The notes under the pieces are model-generated. The model ran no database searches. It saw nothing but the letters and a program-made list of their open reading frames with translations, and was not told where the DNA came from. The position numbers and the translations under genes were made by a program. From Candidatus Parcubacteria bacterium (GTDB lineage: Bacteria; Patescibacteriota; Minisyncoccia; Minisyncoccales; JAGMAB01), in NCBI GenBank assembly GCA_023131055.1, contig JAGMAB010000001.1, positions 1,486 to 65,485 on the forward strand: 64,000 bases of DNA. Reading direction: 5' to 3'. Numbering within the stretch: the first letter of the stretch is position 1; the number at the start of each line of letters is the position of its first letter. Below, piece by piece: positions 27,314 to 37,096 of this stretch.

Positions 27314-29983
27314 TTACTCTTCGTCTTGATATCCTTTTTCTAAATTGCGGAATAATACCGTGCGGTCGTCAAAATATAATTCTGTTTTTCCAATAGGACC
27401 GTTGCGGTGTTTCGCCACGATAATATCAGCGATATTTTTTCTTGAACTGTTTTGCCGATAACGGTCTTCGCGATGAATAAACAACACTACATCCGCGTCC
27501 TGTTCCAAAGAATTATGAACAATAACATCATTGGCAATAAAATTATGAGCACCTTCTACTGTAGCATCATAAACCTCTTGCATTCCTAAGGGTTTTATTG
27601 AAACAATTTTGTCCCAAAAAATATCTGAATCAGCTAAATTACGAATAGTAGAATTTTCTTCTAATGCTAAACAAAGCCGAAGCATTCTTTCTCGGCTAAT
27701 TCCATGCTTAAAAAGCGTGCTTCCGCAGTAGGACATATCAAGCCGTTCAGCCACTTCACGCCAGCCAATTCCTACTTCTTGTTTAACTGGTTCAATAACA
27801 ATTTTCCAAGCTATTTTAGGAATTATATCTACATTAGTATTAGTAGTAATTTTTTCTAATGAAGCGATAAGAGATGGAATAATCTTTTTTCTTTTTCCAT
27901 TAATTCCAACTTTATTAAGGAATTTTAATTGTTCATTCGCTCCCTCAACATAAACATGATACATTGTTCTGTATCCTTTTTTTGATTTAATCCCCCGCAG
28001 AGAGCTTTGAATGTCTAATCTAAGGAGCAAATGTTGAACCTGTTCAGCCAAGACCTCGCTTGAACTGGAATAATAAATATTTCCTGTTGGCTTCCTTGCT
28101 TTTAGATATTTCCAACTTAAATTTCCATCAGTTGCCCAAAGGTGCCGCAGAAAAAGAGATATTTTATTTTTATCACATTGAAAAACTGCTTGAGGAATTT
28201 GTTTTTGCCAGGAACGAACACGTTTAATCCCAAGTTTTTTAAACCAATTAGTAATAGGATGATATTTTCCGCGAGCAAGTTGATAAGGGCTGGTAAGATA
28301 AATATGTTCCCAATTTTTTTGCTTTACTATTTTGCCGGTTATATTAAATAATTCTTTGGCTGCTTTTTTTACGGTTTGGATATTCTCTTTTTCGCCGTTA
28401 GTATAATGAAACGGTTGATTAGGAAGAATACAACCATCTCCTAAAAGATGAGCAAGTAAAATAAGTTCGTTTTCCGAAAGAAGGTTTAAAGATTTTTTGA
28501 TTTTAATTTTTCTTGGAAGAGCAATAAAATCATTAACTTTTAACTCATCTAATCTTCTCCAGCCATCTAATTTGAAAAAGGGATGATTGGCGCTTGCCTT
28601 AATTTTTCGTCCGCTTCTCGTTTTTAATTCAAAAACCATTTTTTTACCCGAAGGAAAAACTTTTATCATTTTATGTGATTTTAATTTGTAGGCATCTTCA
28701 ATACTTAAAATTTCAACAGGTGTTTGATTTTTTCTTTCTGCCAGTTCTTTGATTGGAATTCTTTCACCAGTATCAGTTTTTATAATGAGCGTATCACCGG
28801 TTAAGCATCCGCTTTCGCGAAGGTCGGACAACCGCGGGATTTGCGGAGAACGCTGTTCAACAGCCCTGGATAATTGAGACAAAGCTAAAACCGGAACATT
28901 AAGCTCTCTTGCCAAACCTTTAAGCGAACGGGAAATCTCGCTCATTTGCTGAACCATATTTATCCTAAAATCCCTTGATTCCATTAACTGAAGATAATCA
29001 ACGATAATCAGTCCTAATCCTTTATTTGCCTGTAATCGTCTTGACATTGCCTTCATTTGCAAAACATTTGCCGAAACAGCGTCATCTATGTAAATCGGCG
29101 CCTCGGATAAAACCCCCAGGGCTTGCTGAATTCTGGAAAAATCATTATCATCTCCGGAATCAGAAAGCCGTCCGGTTCTTAAACGCCACAAATCAACATT
29201 TGCCGTGCTGGCAATCAACCTGTCAACTATTTGGTCTCTTGACATTTCCAAACTGAATATACCTACCGGTTCTTTTTGATTTATGGCAATGTGAGCCGCA
29301 ATATTAAGCGCTAATGTGGATTTTCCCAGCGAAGGCCTGGATGCCAAAATTAACAAATCAGATTTCTGCAAGCCGGCAAGGATATTATCCAAACCGATAA
29401 AGCCTGTGGCTAAACCCCGTATATTCTCCTTATGTTTGGATAACCTGTCAATTCTTTCAAAAGCGTCTTCCAAAGTTGCTTTTACCGGCACAAAATTCTG
29501 GGTTAAACTTTTTTGCGCAATGCTGAATATTTTTTTCTCTGCCTCGTCTAAAAGAATATCAGTATCTTCGGTTTCATTATAGCCCAAAACACCGATTTCA
29601 TGGCTCACGCTAATCAAATCCCTTAAAATCCTTTTTTGCTGGACAATTTTGGCATAACTGAAAACATTGCTGGCAGTTGGAACTGAATTTATCAGTTCGG
29701 TTAAATAACTATTTCCGCCAATTTCTTCAAGCTGCGTTTTTTCCTTAAGCCGATTAGAAAGAGATAAAAGGTCAATTGGTTCTCCTTTTTCAAACAAATC
29801 CAAACTGCATTGGTAAATGTCCTGGTGCGATTTATTATAAAAATCGCGCGGTTTCAAAAAATCAGCCACTTTTACCACAGCGTTTTTGTCTAAAAGCAAA
29901 CAGCCAAGCAAACATTGCTCCGCTTCAATGTTTTGCGGAGGCAGCTTGTTGGGCAGTTCCGTGTTTGAAGAATCATTTGTCAT
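27314..29983 (-). CDS. dnaB: replicative DNA helicase DnaB, interrupted by an intein
   Basis: PPQNIEAEQCLLG N-domain, Walker A SRPSLGKST, IIVDYLQLM, and RESG|C...HN|SLEQDADVV junctions. Start taken at MTNDSS (29983). The ORF extends to 30019. Confidence 0.9.
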   Translation of the reverse strand: MTNDSSNTELPNKLPPQNIEAEQCLLGCLLLDKNAVVKVADFLKPRDFYNKSHQDIYQCSLDLFEKGEPIDLLSLSNRLKEKTQLEEIGGNSYLTELINSVPTASNVFSYAKIVQQKRILRDLISVSHEIGVLGYNETEDTDILLDEAEKKIFSIAQKSLTQNFVPVKATLEDAFERIDRLSKHKENIRGLATGFIGLDNILAGLQKSDLLILASRPSLGKSTLALNIAAHIAINQKEPVGIFSLEMSRDQIVDRLIASTANVDLWRLRTGRLSDSGDDNDFSRIQQALGVLSEAPIYIDDAVSANVLQMKAMSRRLQANKGLGLIIVDYLQLMESRDFRINMVQQMSEISRSLKGLARELNVPVLALSQLSRAVEQRSPQIPRLSDLRESGCLTGDTLIIKTDTGERIPIKELAERKNQTPVEILSIEDAYKLKSHKMIKVFPSGKKMVFELKTRSGRKIKASANHPFFKLDGWRRLDELKVNDFIALPRKIKIKKSLNLLSENELILLAHLLGDGCILPNQPFHYTNGEKENIQTVKKAAKELFNITGKIVKQKNWEHIYLTSPYQLARGKYHPITNWFKKLGIKRVRSWQKQIPQAVFQCDKNKISLFLRHLWATDGNLSWKYLKARKPTGNIYYSSSSEVLAEQVQHLLLRLDIQSSLRGIKSKKGYRTMYHVYVEGANEQLKFLNKVGINGKRKKIIPSLIASLEKITTNTNVDIIPKIAWKIVIEPVKQEVGIGWREVAERLDMSYCGSTLFKHGISRERMLRLCLALEENSTIRNLADSDIFWDKIVSIKPLGMQEVYDATVEGAHNFIANDVIVHNSLEQDADVVLFIHREDRYRQNSSRKNIADIIVAKHRNGPIGKTELYFDDRTVLFRNLEKGYQDEE
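27512..28807 (-). mobile_element. 432-aa DnaB intein with LAGLIDADG homing-endonuclease domain
   Basis: Begins at Cys (CLTGDTLI, codon 28807-28805) and ends VIVHN (Asn codon 27514-27512), followed by Ser+1. LAGLIDADG-like blocks LLAHLLGDGC and LRHLWATDGN. Confidence 0.85.
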
Positions 29984-30002
29984 CAAGTATAATATATCAA
30001 AT

Positions 30003-31145
30003 ATGGCAAAAAAACTCAAGGTTGGTCTAATCTCTTTTCATTCTTTTTTTCAGCCCGGAGGAGTTAAAAAACATATTCTGGGTCTGCGCAAAGAATTTAA
30101 AAAAATAGGGGTTGATACAAAAATTATCGCGCCGAGAAGAAAAAAAACAGAAAACTATGGCAAAGATGTTATTTTGCTTGGCACTTCTTTTGCCATGCCT
30201 TTTTCCGGCAGCCAGGCAGATTTTTGCATAAATTTTAACCCTATTTCTCTTAAAAGAACTTTAGAAAAAGAAAAGTTTGATGTTTTGCATTTTCATAATT
30301 TCGGCTTTCCTTCCGCTTTACAAGTTTTGCAAATGTCTGATGCTCTAAACATTCTCACTTTCCACGCTAACATTAAAGGAAGCAAGTTTTTGAAAAACTT
30401 TCCTGAAATTATTTATCTTTTTCAAAAAATCGCTCAATGGAAAATAGACGGAGTTATCGGCGTGGCGCAATTAAATTTAGAATACTTTAAGAATTTCAAA
30501 AAACCTAAAGCGATAATTCCAAATGGAATTGACCTGGAAGAATTTAATCCTAATGCTCCAAAAATTGAAAAATTCAATGATGGAAAAATCAATATCTTGT
30601 TTGTTGGACGGATTGAAGAAAGAAAAGGCTTAATTTATTTGTTAAAAGCATACAAAATTTTGCAAAAAAAATTCTCCAACTTACGGCTTATTATTATTGG
30701 AGACGGCGACTTAAAAAAAGATTGTGAATTATATGTTAAAGAGCAAAAACTTAAACAAGTTTTTTTTGAGGGACAAATTTCCGGGAAAAAACTTGTTTCT
30801 TATTTTACTACCTGCGATATTTTTGTCAGCCCTGCTATTTTTGGCGAAAGTTTTGGCATTGTCTTGTTAGAAGCAATGGCTTGCGCCAAACCAATAGTAT
30901 GCTTTAGCAATCTTGGCTATAAACAACTTTTACAGAGAACAAAAGGTGAAAAATTTTTAGTAAAACCGCGCGACTATAATGGTTTAGCTAACAAAATCGC
31001 AATTCTGGTTAAAGACAAAAAATTAAGGAAGGAAATGGGCAAATGGGGAAGAAAAGAAGCAGAAAATTATTCCTGGAATAAAATCGCCAAAAAAATCTTA
31101 GATTTTTATCAATTATGCAAACAATCTAAACAGAAATTTTCTTGA
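30003..31145 (+). CDS. glycosyltransferase family 4 (GT-B)
   Basis: Start at ATG 30003 ([14 protein letters not shown]...). Has the E-x7-E region [12 protein letters not shown]. Confidence 0.8.
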   Translation: MAKKLKVGLISFHSFFQPGGVKKHILGLRKEFKKIGVDTKIIAPRRKKTENYGKDVILLGTSFAMPFSGSQADFCINFNPISLKRTLEKEKFDVLHFHNFGFPSALQVLQMSDALNILTFHANIKGSKFLKNFPEIIYLFQKIAQWKIDGVIGVAQLNLEYFKNFKKPKAIIPNGIDLEEFNPNAPKIEKFNDGKINILFVGRIEERKGLIYLLKAYKILQKKFSNLRLIIIGDGDLKKDCELYVKEQKLKQVFFEGQISGKKLVSYFTTCDIFVSPAIFGESFGIVLLEAMACAKPIVCFSNLGYKQLLQRTKGEKFLVKPRDYNGLANKIAILVKDKKLRKEMGKWGRKEAENYSWNKIAKKILDFYQLCKQSKQKFS

Positions 31146-32553
31146 TTTTTATTCCTGTTTTAGTATCTTCAATAACATATCCTTGTTTTTTTATTTCTGC
31201 GCGGATTTCATCAGCTTTCTGGTAATTTTTCTGTTTCCGCTCTTGCTCCCGTTGTTTAACCAATTCCTGTATTTTTTCAGGAATTTTTATCTTTTTAATT
31301 TGAGATAAATCCAAGCCAAAAACCTTGTCAAAATCCATTAAAAGTTTGTATTTTGCTTTTGCTGGAATTTTTTTGTCTTTAATCATCTGCCACATTAAAG
31401 CCAGCGCCTTTGGCATATTCAAATCGTCTTGAATAAATCCTAAAAACCTCTTCTGGTAATTTTTAACACTACGAGAAATGTTCTCGTAGTGTTTACTATT
31501 TGACGGAGAACTGTTCTCTGTCAGTTCTGTAATTTTTTGATAGAGATTATCCAAGCTATTCTGAGCTCCTTTTAACGCATTTAAGGAAAAACATAATTTT
31601 GAACGATAATGAGCGCCAAGGCATAAATAACGATAAGCAAGGGGATTAAATCCTTTTTTGATTAAATTTTCCAGAATAATAATATTTCCCTCTGACTTTG
31701 CCATTTTACCTTTATCTAAAATAAGAAATTCACCATGTAGCCAATATCTGGCAAAAACTTTTCCATAAGCAGCTTCTGCTTGGGCAATCTCATTAGTATG
31801 ATGAATAGAAATATGGTCAATGCCGCCGCAGTGAATGTCAAAAACAATGCCTAAATTCTTTATTCCCATTACCACGCACTCGGTATGCCAGCCCGGAAAT
31901 CCAACACCCCAGGGCGATTTCCATTCCATTTGCCTCTTTCCTGTTTTTGGCGAAAATTTCCATAAAGCAAAATCTGTTGGATTTTTTTTGCCGGATACCA
32001 TCTCAACTCTTGCTCTGGTTTTATCCTGTCTTTTTTTTGTTTTCCACAGCCGTCCATAAGTTTTTAGCTTTGAAGTATCAAAATAAACTCCGTCAGAAAT
32101 TTTATAAGTAAAGCCCTTTTTTTCAAGAATTTTAATTAAATTGAGCTGGTCTTTTATGGTATCAGTTGCTTTTATCCAGATATTTGGCGGTTTTATATTC
32201 AAGCGATTTATGTCCTGTTTAAACGCTTTGGTATAAAATTCAGCGATTTGCCAGACAGTTTTTCTCTCTCTTTTGGCTCCTTTTTCCAGTTTGTCCTCGC
32301 CGGTATCAGCGTCAGAAGTCAGATGCCCGACATCAGTAATATTCATTATATGCTTTACTTTGTAATGGCTATATTCCAAAACCCTTTTTAAAATATCTTC
32401 AAAAATATAAGTCCGCAAATTGCCAATATGCGCAAACCAGTAAACAGTCGGACCACAAGTATAAAGCCCGGCTTTACCCTTTTTCAACGGTTTAAAGATT
32501 TGTTTTTTCCGCGATAGAGTGTTGTAGAGTTTGAGCATAGATTGAATTTTCAA
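31126..32553 (-). CDS. cysS: cysteine--tRNA ligase
   Basis: HIGN ([10 protein letters not shown]), CGGIDH... and KMAKS (KMSKS variant). 20-nt convergent overlap with the GT4 gene. Confidence 0.9.
   Translation of the reverse strand: MKIQSMLKLYNTLSRKKQIFKPLKKGKAGLYTCGPTVYWFAHIGNLRTYIFEDILKRVLEYSHYKVKHIMNITDVGHLTSDADTGEDKLEKGAKRERKTVWQIAEFYTKAFKQDINRLNIKPPNIWIKATDTIKDQLNLIKILEKKGFTYKISDGVYFDTSKLKTYGRLWKTKKRQDKTRARVEMVSGKKNPTDFALWKFSPKTGKRQMEWKSPWGVGFPGWHTECVVMGIKNLGIVFDIHCGGIDHISIHHTNEIAQAEAAYGKVFARYWLHGEFLILDKGKMAKSEGNIIILENLIKKGFNPLAYRYLCLGAHYRSKLCFSLNALKGAQNSLDNLYQKITELTENSSPSNSKHYENISRSVKNYQKRFLGFIQDDLNMPKALALMWQMIKDKKIPAKAKYKLLMDFDKVFGLDLSQIKKIKIPEKIQELVKQREQERKQKNYQKADEIRAEIKKQGYVIEDTKTGIKIKKISV
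31502..31522. repeat. palindromic element copy inside cysS
   Basis: GACGGAGAACTGTTCTCTGTC. On the coding strand it reads GAACTGACAGAGAACAGTTCTCCGT, encoding ELTENSSP, the same octapeptide and near-identical DNA as in eno. Confidence 0.8.
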
Positions 32554-32656
32554 TTATCAATTTCTAATTTTCATTAAATTTTCAATGTTTTAATTTTCAA
32601 TTTATTCTTTGTTATTATTTTATTATATCTCTTTTTTATTAAATTGGTAGCTGGGG

Positions 32657-32685
32657 TTGACAGAATTTTACTGATATGCTATGTT
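32657..32685 (+). promoter_or_regulatory. sigma70-like promoter (TTGACA-17-TATGTT)
   Basis: GGGGTTGACAGAATTTTACTGATATGCTATGTT, about 70 nt upstream of the micropeptide operon. Same GGTTGACA style as the promoters of the 43-48 kb island. Confidence 0.45.
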
Positions 32686-32753
32686 AAAAACAGTTCCCGA
32701 AAAACATAATAGGGAAATGGCAAAGAAAGTAAAAAACAGGAGGAAATAAAAAA

Positions 32754-32894
32754 ATGACAATTGGAGTTGTAATAGAGGTTGTAGCAATAGTGATTGCAAT
32801 TGGGTTTGTTATAGCCGGAGTTATAGTAGGCATTCAGTGCTTATTGCACTACAGAAGTGAAAAGAAAAAGGCAAAGATAGTGTGGGAAGAATAA
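32754..32894 (+). CDS. 46-aa single-TM micropeptide (unannotated small ORF)
   Basis: AGGAGG lies 8 nt before the ATG. Sequence MTIGVVIEVVAIVIAIGFVIAGVIVGIQCLLHYRSEKKKAKIVWEE. Below the ORF-track size cut-off. Confidence 0.45.
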   Translation: MTIGVVIEVVAIVIAIGFVIAGVIVGIQCLLHYRSEKKKAKIVWEE

Positions 32895-32907
32895 AAGGAG
32901 GTAAAAA

Positions 32908-33081
32908 ATGAACGAGGAAGAAAGAAAGAGAATAACGGAAATGGTAGTAGGGAAAGTAGTAGAAAACCTAAAAGCCAAAGGTGAAGAAGACAGTATTATG
33001 GCGATATTGCGTCCTGGCGGTGCTGGAGAGATATATTCTGATAATTCATATCTCAATAAACACTGCAAAATCAGGGGGTAA
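32908..33081 (+). CDS. 57-aa soluble small protein (unannotated small ORF)
   Basis: AAGGAGGT lies 6 nt before the ATG. Sequence MNEEERKRITEMVVGKVVENLKAKGEEDSIMAILRPGGAGEIYSDNSYLNKHCKIRG. Confidence 0.45.
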   Translation: MNEEERKRITEMVVGKVVENLKAKGEEDSIMAILRPGGAGEIYSDNSYLNKHCKIRG

Positions 33082-33083
33082 AA

Positions 33084-33197
33084 ATGGAAGCAGTTACTGG
33101 TGTAGTAATAGTGGTTATAATAGCCATAGGTTTGATTTGGACAGCAGTAGCAATACTATTGTACAAACCAAACAAAATTTCAAAAATGGGGGGTTAA
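33084..33197 (+). CDS. 37-aa single-TM micropeptide (unannotated small ORF)
   Basis: GGGGGT lies 5 nt before the ATG, which is 2 nt after the previous stop. Sequence MEAVTGVVIVVIIAIGLIWTAVAILLYKPNKISKMGG. Confidence 0.4.
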   Translation: MEAVTGVVIVVIIAIGLIWTAVAILLYKPNKISKMGG

Positions 33198-33217
33198 ATT
33201 TTTAACTCCTTCTTTTT

Positions 33218-34084
33218 TTAGAGATACTTTTCACCACGGTCAGGAAAGATGGTTATGATATTACCTTGAGGAATTTCTTTACCAATTTTTTGAGCGATAA
33301 ACATTGCCGCGCCAGACGAGACCCCGACAAAAATCCCATATTCTTTGGCTAATTTTTTTTGCCAAACCAAAGCGTCTTTTCCATCAACCTCATAAATTTT
33401 ATCAATAATTTTCAAGTCCAGAATCGGCGGCGTATAACCCTCTTTCAAAGATTTTAGTCCTTCAATATCCGAGCCCTTTTTTGGCATAATGCCAATAATT
33501 TTGATTTTTGGATATTTTTCTTTTAACCGTTTTCCAATACCTGTAATAGTGCCGCCCGTGCCAATACCGGCAATAAAATAATCAATTAATGGGCGAGAAC
33601 ATTTCTCGCCCATTTGGTCTAAGATTTCCTGGGCAGTTGTTTCATAATGAACTTTAACATTTTCTTCATTTTCATATTGATTAAGCATTACTAAACCCTG
33701 TTCATTTTCTTTGACTAATTTTTTGGTGAATTTTATGGCGTTGTCACGCCAGTCCTCATCTTTGATTAAAATTATTTCTCCGTTAAAAAACTCTATCATT
33801 TTTCTTTTCATAATATTCATTGATTTTGGCATTACAATTTTCACTTTATAACCTTTTATCGCTCCAAGCATTGCCAAAGAAATTCCGGTGTTGCCGCTTG
33901 TTGGTTCAATAATTGTTTTGTCTTTGGTTAAAATTCCTTGTTTTTCCGCTTTTTCCAGCATTGCCAAAACAATCCTGTCTTTTATAGACCCTGTAGGATT
34001 AAATCCTTCTAATTTGGCAAAAATGTTACTCCCGACTTTCACCAAAGGCGTTTTTCCAATAGTATCTAAAATATTATTATTCAT
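33218..34084 (-). CDS. cysK: cysteine synthase (O-acetylserine sulfhydrylase, PLP-dependent)
   Basis: NPTGSIKDR and PTSGNTGISLA motifs, and GIGTGGTITG. Confidence 0.85.
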   Translation of the reverse strand: MNNNILDTIGKTPLVKVGSNIFAKLEGFNPTGSIKDRIVLAMLEKAEKQGILTKDKTIIEPTSGNTGISLAMLGAIKGYKVKIVMPKSMNIMKRKMIEFFNGEIILIKDEDWRDNAIKFTKKLVKENEQGLVMLNQYENEENVKVHYETTAQEILDQMGEKCSRPLIDYFIAGIGTGGTITGIGKRLKEKYPKIKIIGIMPKKGSDIEGLKSLKEGYTPPILDLKIIDKIYEVDGKDALVWQKKLAKEYGIFVGVSSGAAMFIAQKIGKEIPQGNIITIFPDRGEKYL

Positions 34085-34146
34085 AAAAATACCTTTTTAC
34101 CATACCATTTTTTGATTTTTTTGAAAACTTGTGATAAACTAAAACC

Positions 34147-34743
34147 ATGAAAAAAGCGGATATTATCATTGCTTTTTTAGCCGGAGAAGGTGTTGCATGG
34201 CTATTTGTTTGGTTTTTAAAAAAATCCGCAATAGAAATAGCTTTTTTAAATTGGGGCTTGCCAATTTTATTTCCTTTTTTCGCAATAATTTTTCTCTGGG
34301 CGTCTTATCTAATTGGTAAAAGATATTTATTTGTTTTTCAGCTGGCAAAATTTATTTTAATCGGGTCTTTATTCGCGGTATTTGATTTAATGCTTTTGAA
34401 TTCTTTAATGGCATACTTTGGAATTACAAAAGGAATTGAGTATTCAATTTTTGTCACGGCTTCGTTTGTCATTGCCACCAGTATAAAGTATATAGCCGAC
34501 AAGTTTTGGGCTTTTGAGAAATCCGAGAAAAAAGGAATGGGTAAGGAATTTACAGGATTTTTTATTATCACTTTGATAAGCGGTGGAATTCACATTGGAG
34601 TTGCTTCTCTAATAGTTAATGTTATTGGCGCTCAGTTTGGTATTTCTTCTTTAGTTTGGGCTAATATCGGCAAAATCTTAGGCATTGTTGTGGCATCTGC
34701 CTGGAATTTTCTCGGCTATAAATTTATCGTCTTCAATGTTTAA
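34147..34743 (+). CDS. GtrA-like membrane protein
   Basis: Hydrophobic helices and C-terminal WNFLGYKFIVF typical of GtrA-family proteins. Confidence 0.6.
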   Translation: MKKADIIIAFLAGEGVAWLFVWFLKKSAIEIAFLNWGLPILFPFFAIIFLWASYLIGKRYLFVFQLAKFILIGSLFAVFDLMLLNSLMAYFGITKGIEYSIFVTASFVIATSIKYIADKFWAFEKSEKKGMGKEFTGFFIITLISGGIHIGVASLIVNVIGAQFGISSLVWANIGKILGIVVASAWNFLGYKFIVFNV

Positions 34744-34760
34744 AACCCGACATTAAACAT

Positions 34761-35873
34761 ATGGCAAATTTAGTTTTATATCGTAAATACAGGCCCCAGA
34801 CATTTAAGGAAATCATCGGACAAGAGCATATTATTAAAACTTTAACCAATGCCGTGGCTGATGATATGGTTTCCCACGCTTATTTGTTTTCAGGTCCGCG
34901 AGGTTCGGGGAAAACCACTATTGCAAGAATTTTAGCCAAAGCGGTTAATTGCGAAGCAAGAAAAAAAGGGGAATATGAACCGTGCAACAAATGCTCATCC
35001 TGCTTGGAAATAAGGCAGGACAGGTCTCTGGATTTAATTGAAATTGACGCCGCGTCCCACCGGGGAATAGATGATATAAGAGAATTAAAAGAAGGCATTA
35101 AATTTGCGCCGACAAAATCGCGCTACAAGATTTTCATTATAGACGAATGCCATCAGTTAAGCAAAGACGCGTCTAACGCTCTTTTGAAAACATTGGAAGA
35201 ACCACCTTTACACGCTATTTTTATTTTAGCAACAACGGAAATTCATAAAATGATCGCCACAATTATTTCCCGGTGCCAGAGATTTGATTTCCGCAAATTA
35301 ACTGTTCCGAAAATAATCCAACGCCTGAAACTTATTTCCGAGAAAGAAAAAATTAAAATTGAGAAGCCCGCGTTAGAACTGATTGCCTTGCATTCAGGCG
35401 GCTCTATGAGAGACGCTGAAAGTATGTTTCACCAAGTTTTAACTTTTGTTGGAAAAACAGACAGAGAAATCAAAGCCAATGACATTAAGGATTTATTGGG
35501 CTTGGTTGAAATAAAATTAATCAGCCAATTCTGCGATTTTCTTGGACAAAAAAAACCGGGACAGGCAATTAGTTTTTTAAATGATTTGACTGAAAAAGGT
35601 TCTGACCTTGAAGAATTTACCAAAGCACTAATAAATTATTTAAGGCAGGGCCTGATTTTAAAAATAGCAGGAAAAGAAACCGCGGAGCCGATTATTACCG
35701 GCTTAACAAAAGAAGAATTTCAGCTCCTTGAAAATCAGACAAAACTTTTTCAGGAGCAAGAGCTTCAAAAAATCATCAATCTTTTTATTCAAGCGTCAAA
35801 CCAAATGAAGTATTCGCCCATACAGCAATTACCATTGGAATTAGCCATAATTGAATCTTGCGAAAAGATATAA
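34761..35873 (+). CDS. dnaX: DNA polymerase III subunit gamma/tau (short form)
   Basis: YRPQTFKEIIGQEH, GPRGSGKTT, zinc module CNKCSSC, IIDECHQL and SRCQRFDF. Confidence 0.9.
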   Translation: MANLVLYRKYRPQTFKEIIGQEHIIKTLTNAVADDMVSHAYLFSGPRGSGKTTIARILAKAVNCEARKKGEYEPCNKCSSCLEIRQDRSLDLIEIDAASHRGIDDIRELKEGIKFAPTKSRYKIFIIDECHQLSKDASNALLKTLEEPPLHAIFILATTEIHKMIATIISRCQRFDFRKLTVPKIIQRLKLISEKEKIKIEKPALELIALHSGGSMRDAESMFHQVLTFVGKTDREIKANDIKDLLGLVEIKLISQFCDFLGQKKPGQAISFLNDLTEKGSDLEEFTKALINYLRQGLILKIAGKETAEPIITGLTKEEFQLLENQTKLFQEQELQKIINLFIQASNQMKYSPIQQLPLELAIIESCEKI

Positions 35874-35929
35874 AACAAAAAAAAGATTAGTAATAATCTT
35901 GCGACCGCAAGAACATTACTAATTATTAT

Positions 35930-36000
35930 TCCGGGGTCGTCTAACGGTAGGACGGTTGGTTTTGATCCAATTAATCTTCGTTCGAATCGAAGCCCCGGAA
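35930..36000 (+). tRNA. tRNA-Gln (anticodon TTG)
   Basis: Acceptor TCCGGGG/CCCCGGA, anticodon stem GTTGG/CCAAT with loop TTTTGAT, T-arm CTTCG-TTCGAAT-CGAAG. Confidence 0.9.
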
Positions 36001-36145
36001 CAATTGTAAAAAAGCGTGAATTTGTATCGCTTTACGGTCATAATTCACGGTTTTTTATTGCATTTTTCATCGCAAAAAAAATCCGCAAATAGAAATCCGC
36101 AAACAGAACGTTGAAAAAAGTCCTGAAAAGAGGTAATGTGGGAAA

Positions 36146-37096
36146 ATGGGCAAACATGAAAGAAAATCAATTGAAGAAGCAGAAAAAATTATTGTAAAAA
36201 TTTTAAGTTCTAAAACTCTTAATGGTTTTGATAAAAGAAATCATTGGTTTAATCATGCTTTTTCTATAGCAAAAAGAATCAAAAAAGATTTCCCAAAAAT
36301 TACATTGGCTCGCCATCTAGGTAATAGCTATGATAACACAGGAGATATAATGATTATTTTTAATGGTAAAAAATTCTTTATTGAAATAAAGATGAGTGAT
36401 ACAAAATCAGGTATTGGAACTAAAGCTAATATTAGCCAAGATGCCCTTACAGAGAATTATCTTTTTACAAGAAATATAAAAAGTTGGAGTAAATTTCGTC
36501 AGGAAAAAAATCATGATAAGTGGGTTAATGATTTTTTGAATCAATTTACTAATTATCCACAGAATATTTTAAAAATTACTAATCCAGCAACGCAGAAGGA
36601 AGAAAAAGCAAGGTATTTAAGAAAATTAGCAAAAAAAAGAAATAAAAAAGCCAAGAGCATTCTTGACGATATCCAAAAAAAAGATAAAAAAGAAAAAATT
36701 GAATATTTAACCTATCTAAGCAGTCAAAAACAACAAAAGAAAATGATTAAAAGGTTTTTTATTTTGATTACATTAGGAATTCACAGAAAAGAAGAATTAG
36801 AAAATTTAATAAAGAAAGATGATTTTTTTCAAAAACTTAAAAACTTCTTTGTATATTACAGCAATTTTAATAAAGGTAAAATTGTTATCAGAAAAGAAGA
36901 TGCTGGAAAAAGAATTGAACAAATATTGAAAAAACATTCTGATTTTAAAATTATTTTTCCAGTAAAAGTAAGCCATTGTAAAATAGTTGGTGTAAAAGGC
37001 AAGAATTCTAAACAGTTATTACAAATAGTTTTTCACTGGAAAAATATTGCTCAAGGCATTAAAACTCCGTGTCTTAATATTTTTGACTTAGCTTAA
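36146..37096 (+). CDS. putative type II restriction endonuclease (PD-(D/E)XK-like)
   Basis: 316 aa with no recognisable family, but GDIMIIFNGKKFFIEIKMS fits D...ExK. Convergent with the methyltransferase gene, with overlapping stops. Confidence 0.45.
   Translation: MGKHERKSIEEAEKIIVKILSSKTLNGFDKRNHWFNHAFSIAKRIKKDFPKITLARHLGNSYDNTGDIMIIFNGKKFFIEIKMSDTKSGIGTKANISQDALTENYLFTRNIKSWSKFRQEKNHDKWVNDFLNQFTNYPQNILKITNPATQKEEKARYLRKLAKKRNKKAKSILDDIQKKDKKEKIEYLTYLSSQKQQKKMIKRFFILITLGIHRKEELENLIKKDDFFQKLKNFFVYYSNFNKGKIVIRKEDAGKRIEQILKKHSDFKIIFPVKVSHCKIVGVKGKNSKQLLQIVFHWKNIAQGIKTPCLNIFDLA

Noticed and set aside
32841-33205. ORF-track entries 32841-33068 (minus strand) and 32981-33205 (plus strand) in the cysS-cysK gap
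   Set aside because: They lack ribosome-binding sites and cut across three tightly spaced small ORFs that each have a strong SD and sensible TM or soluble sequence.
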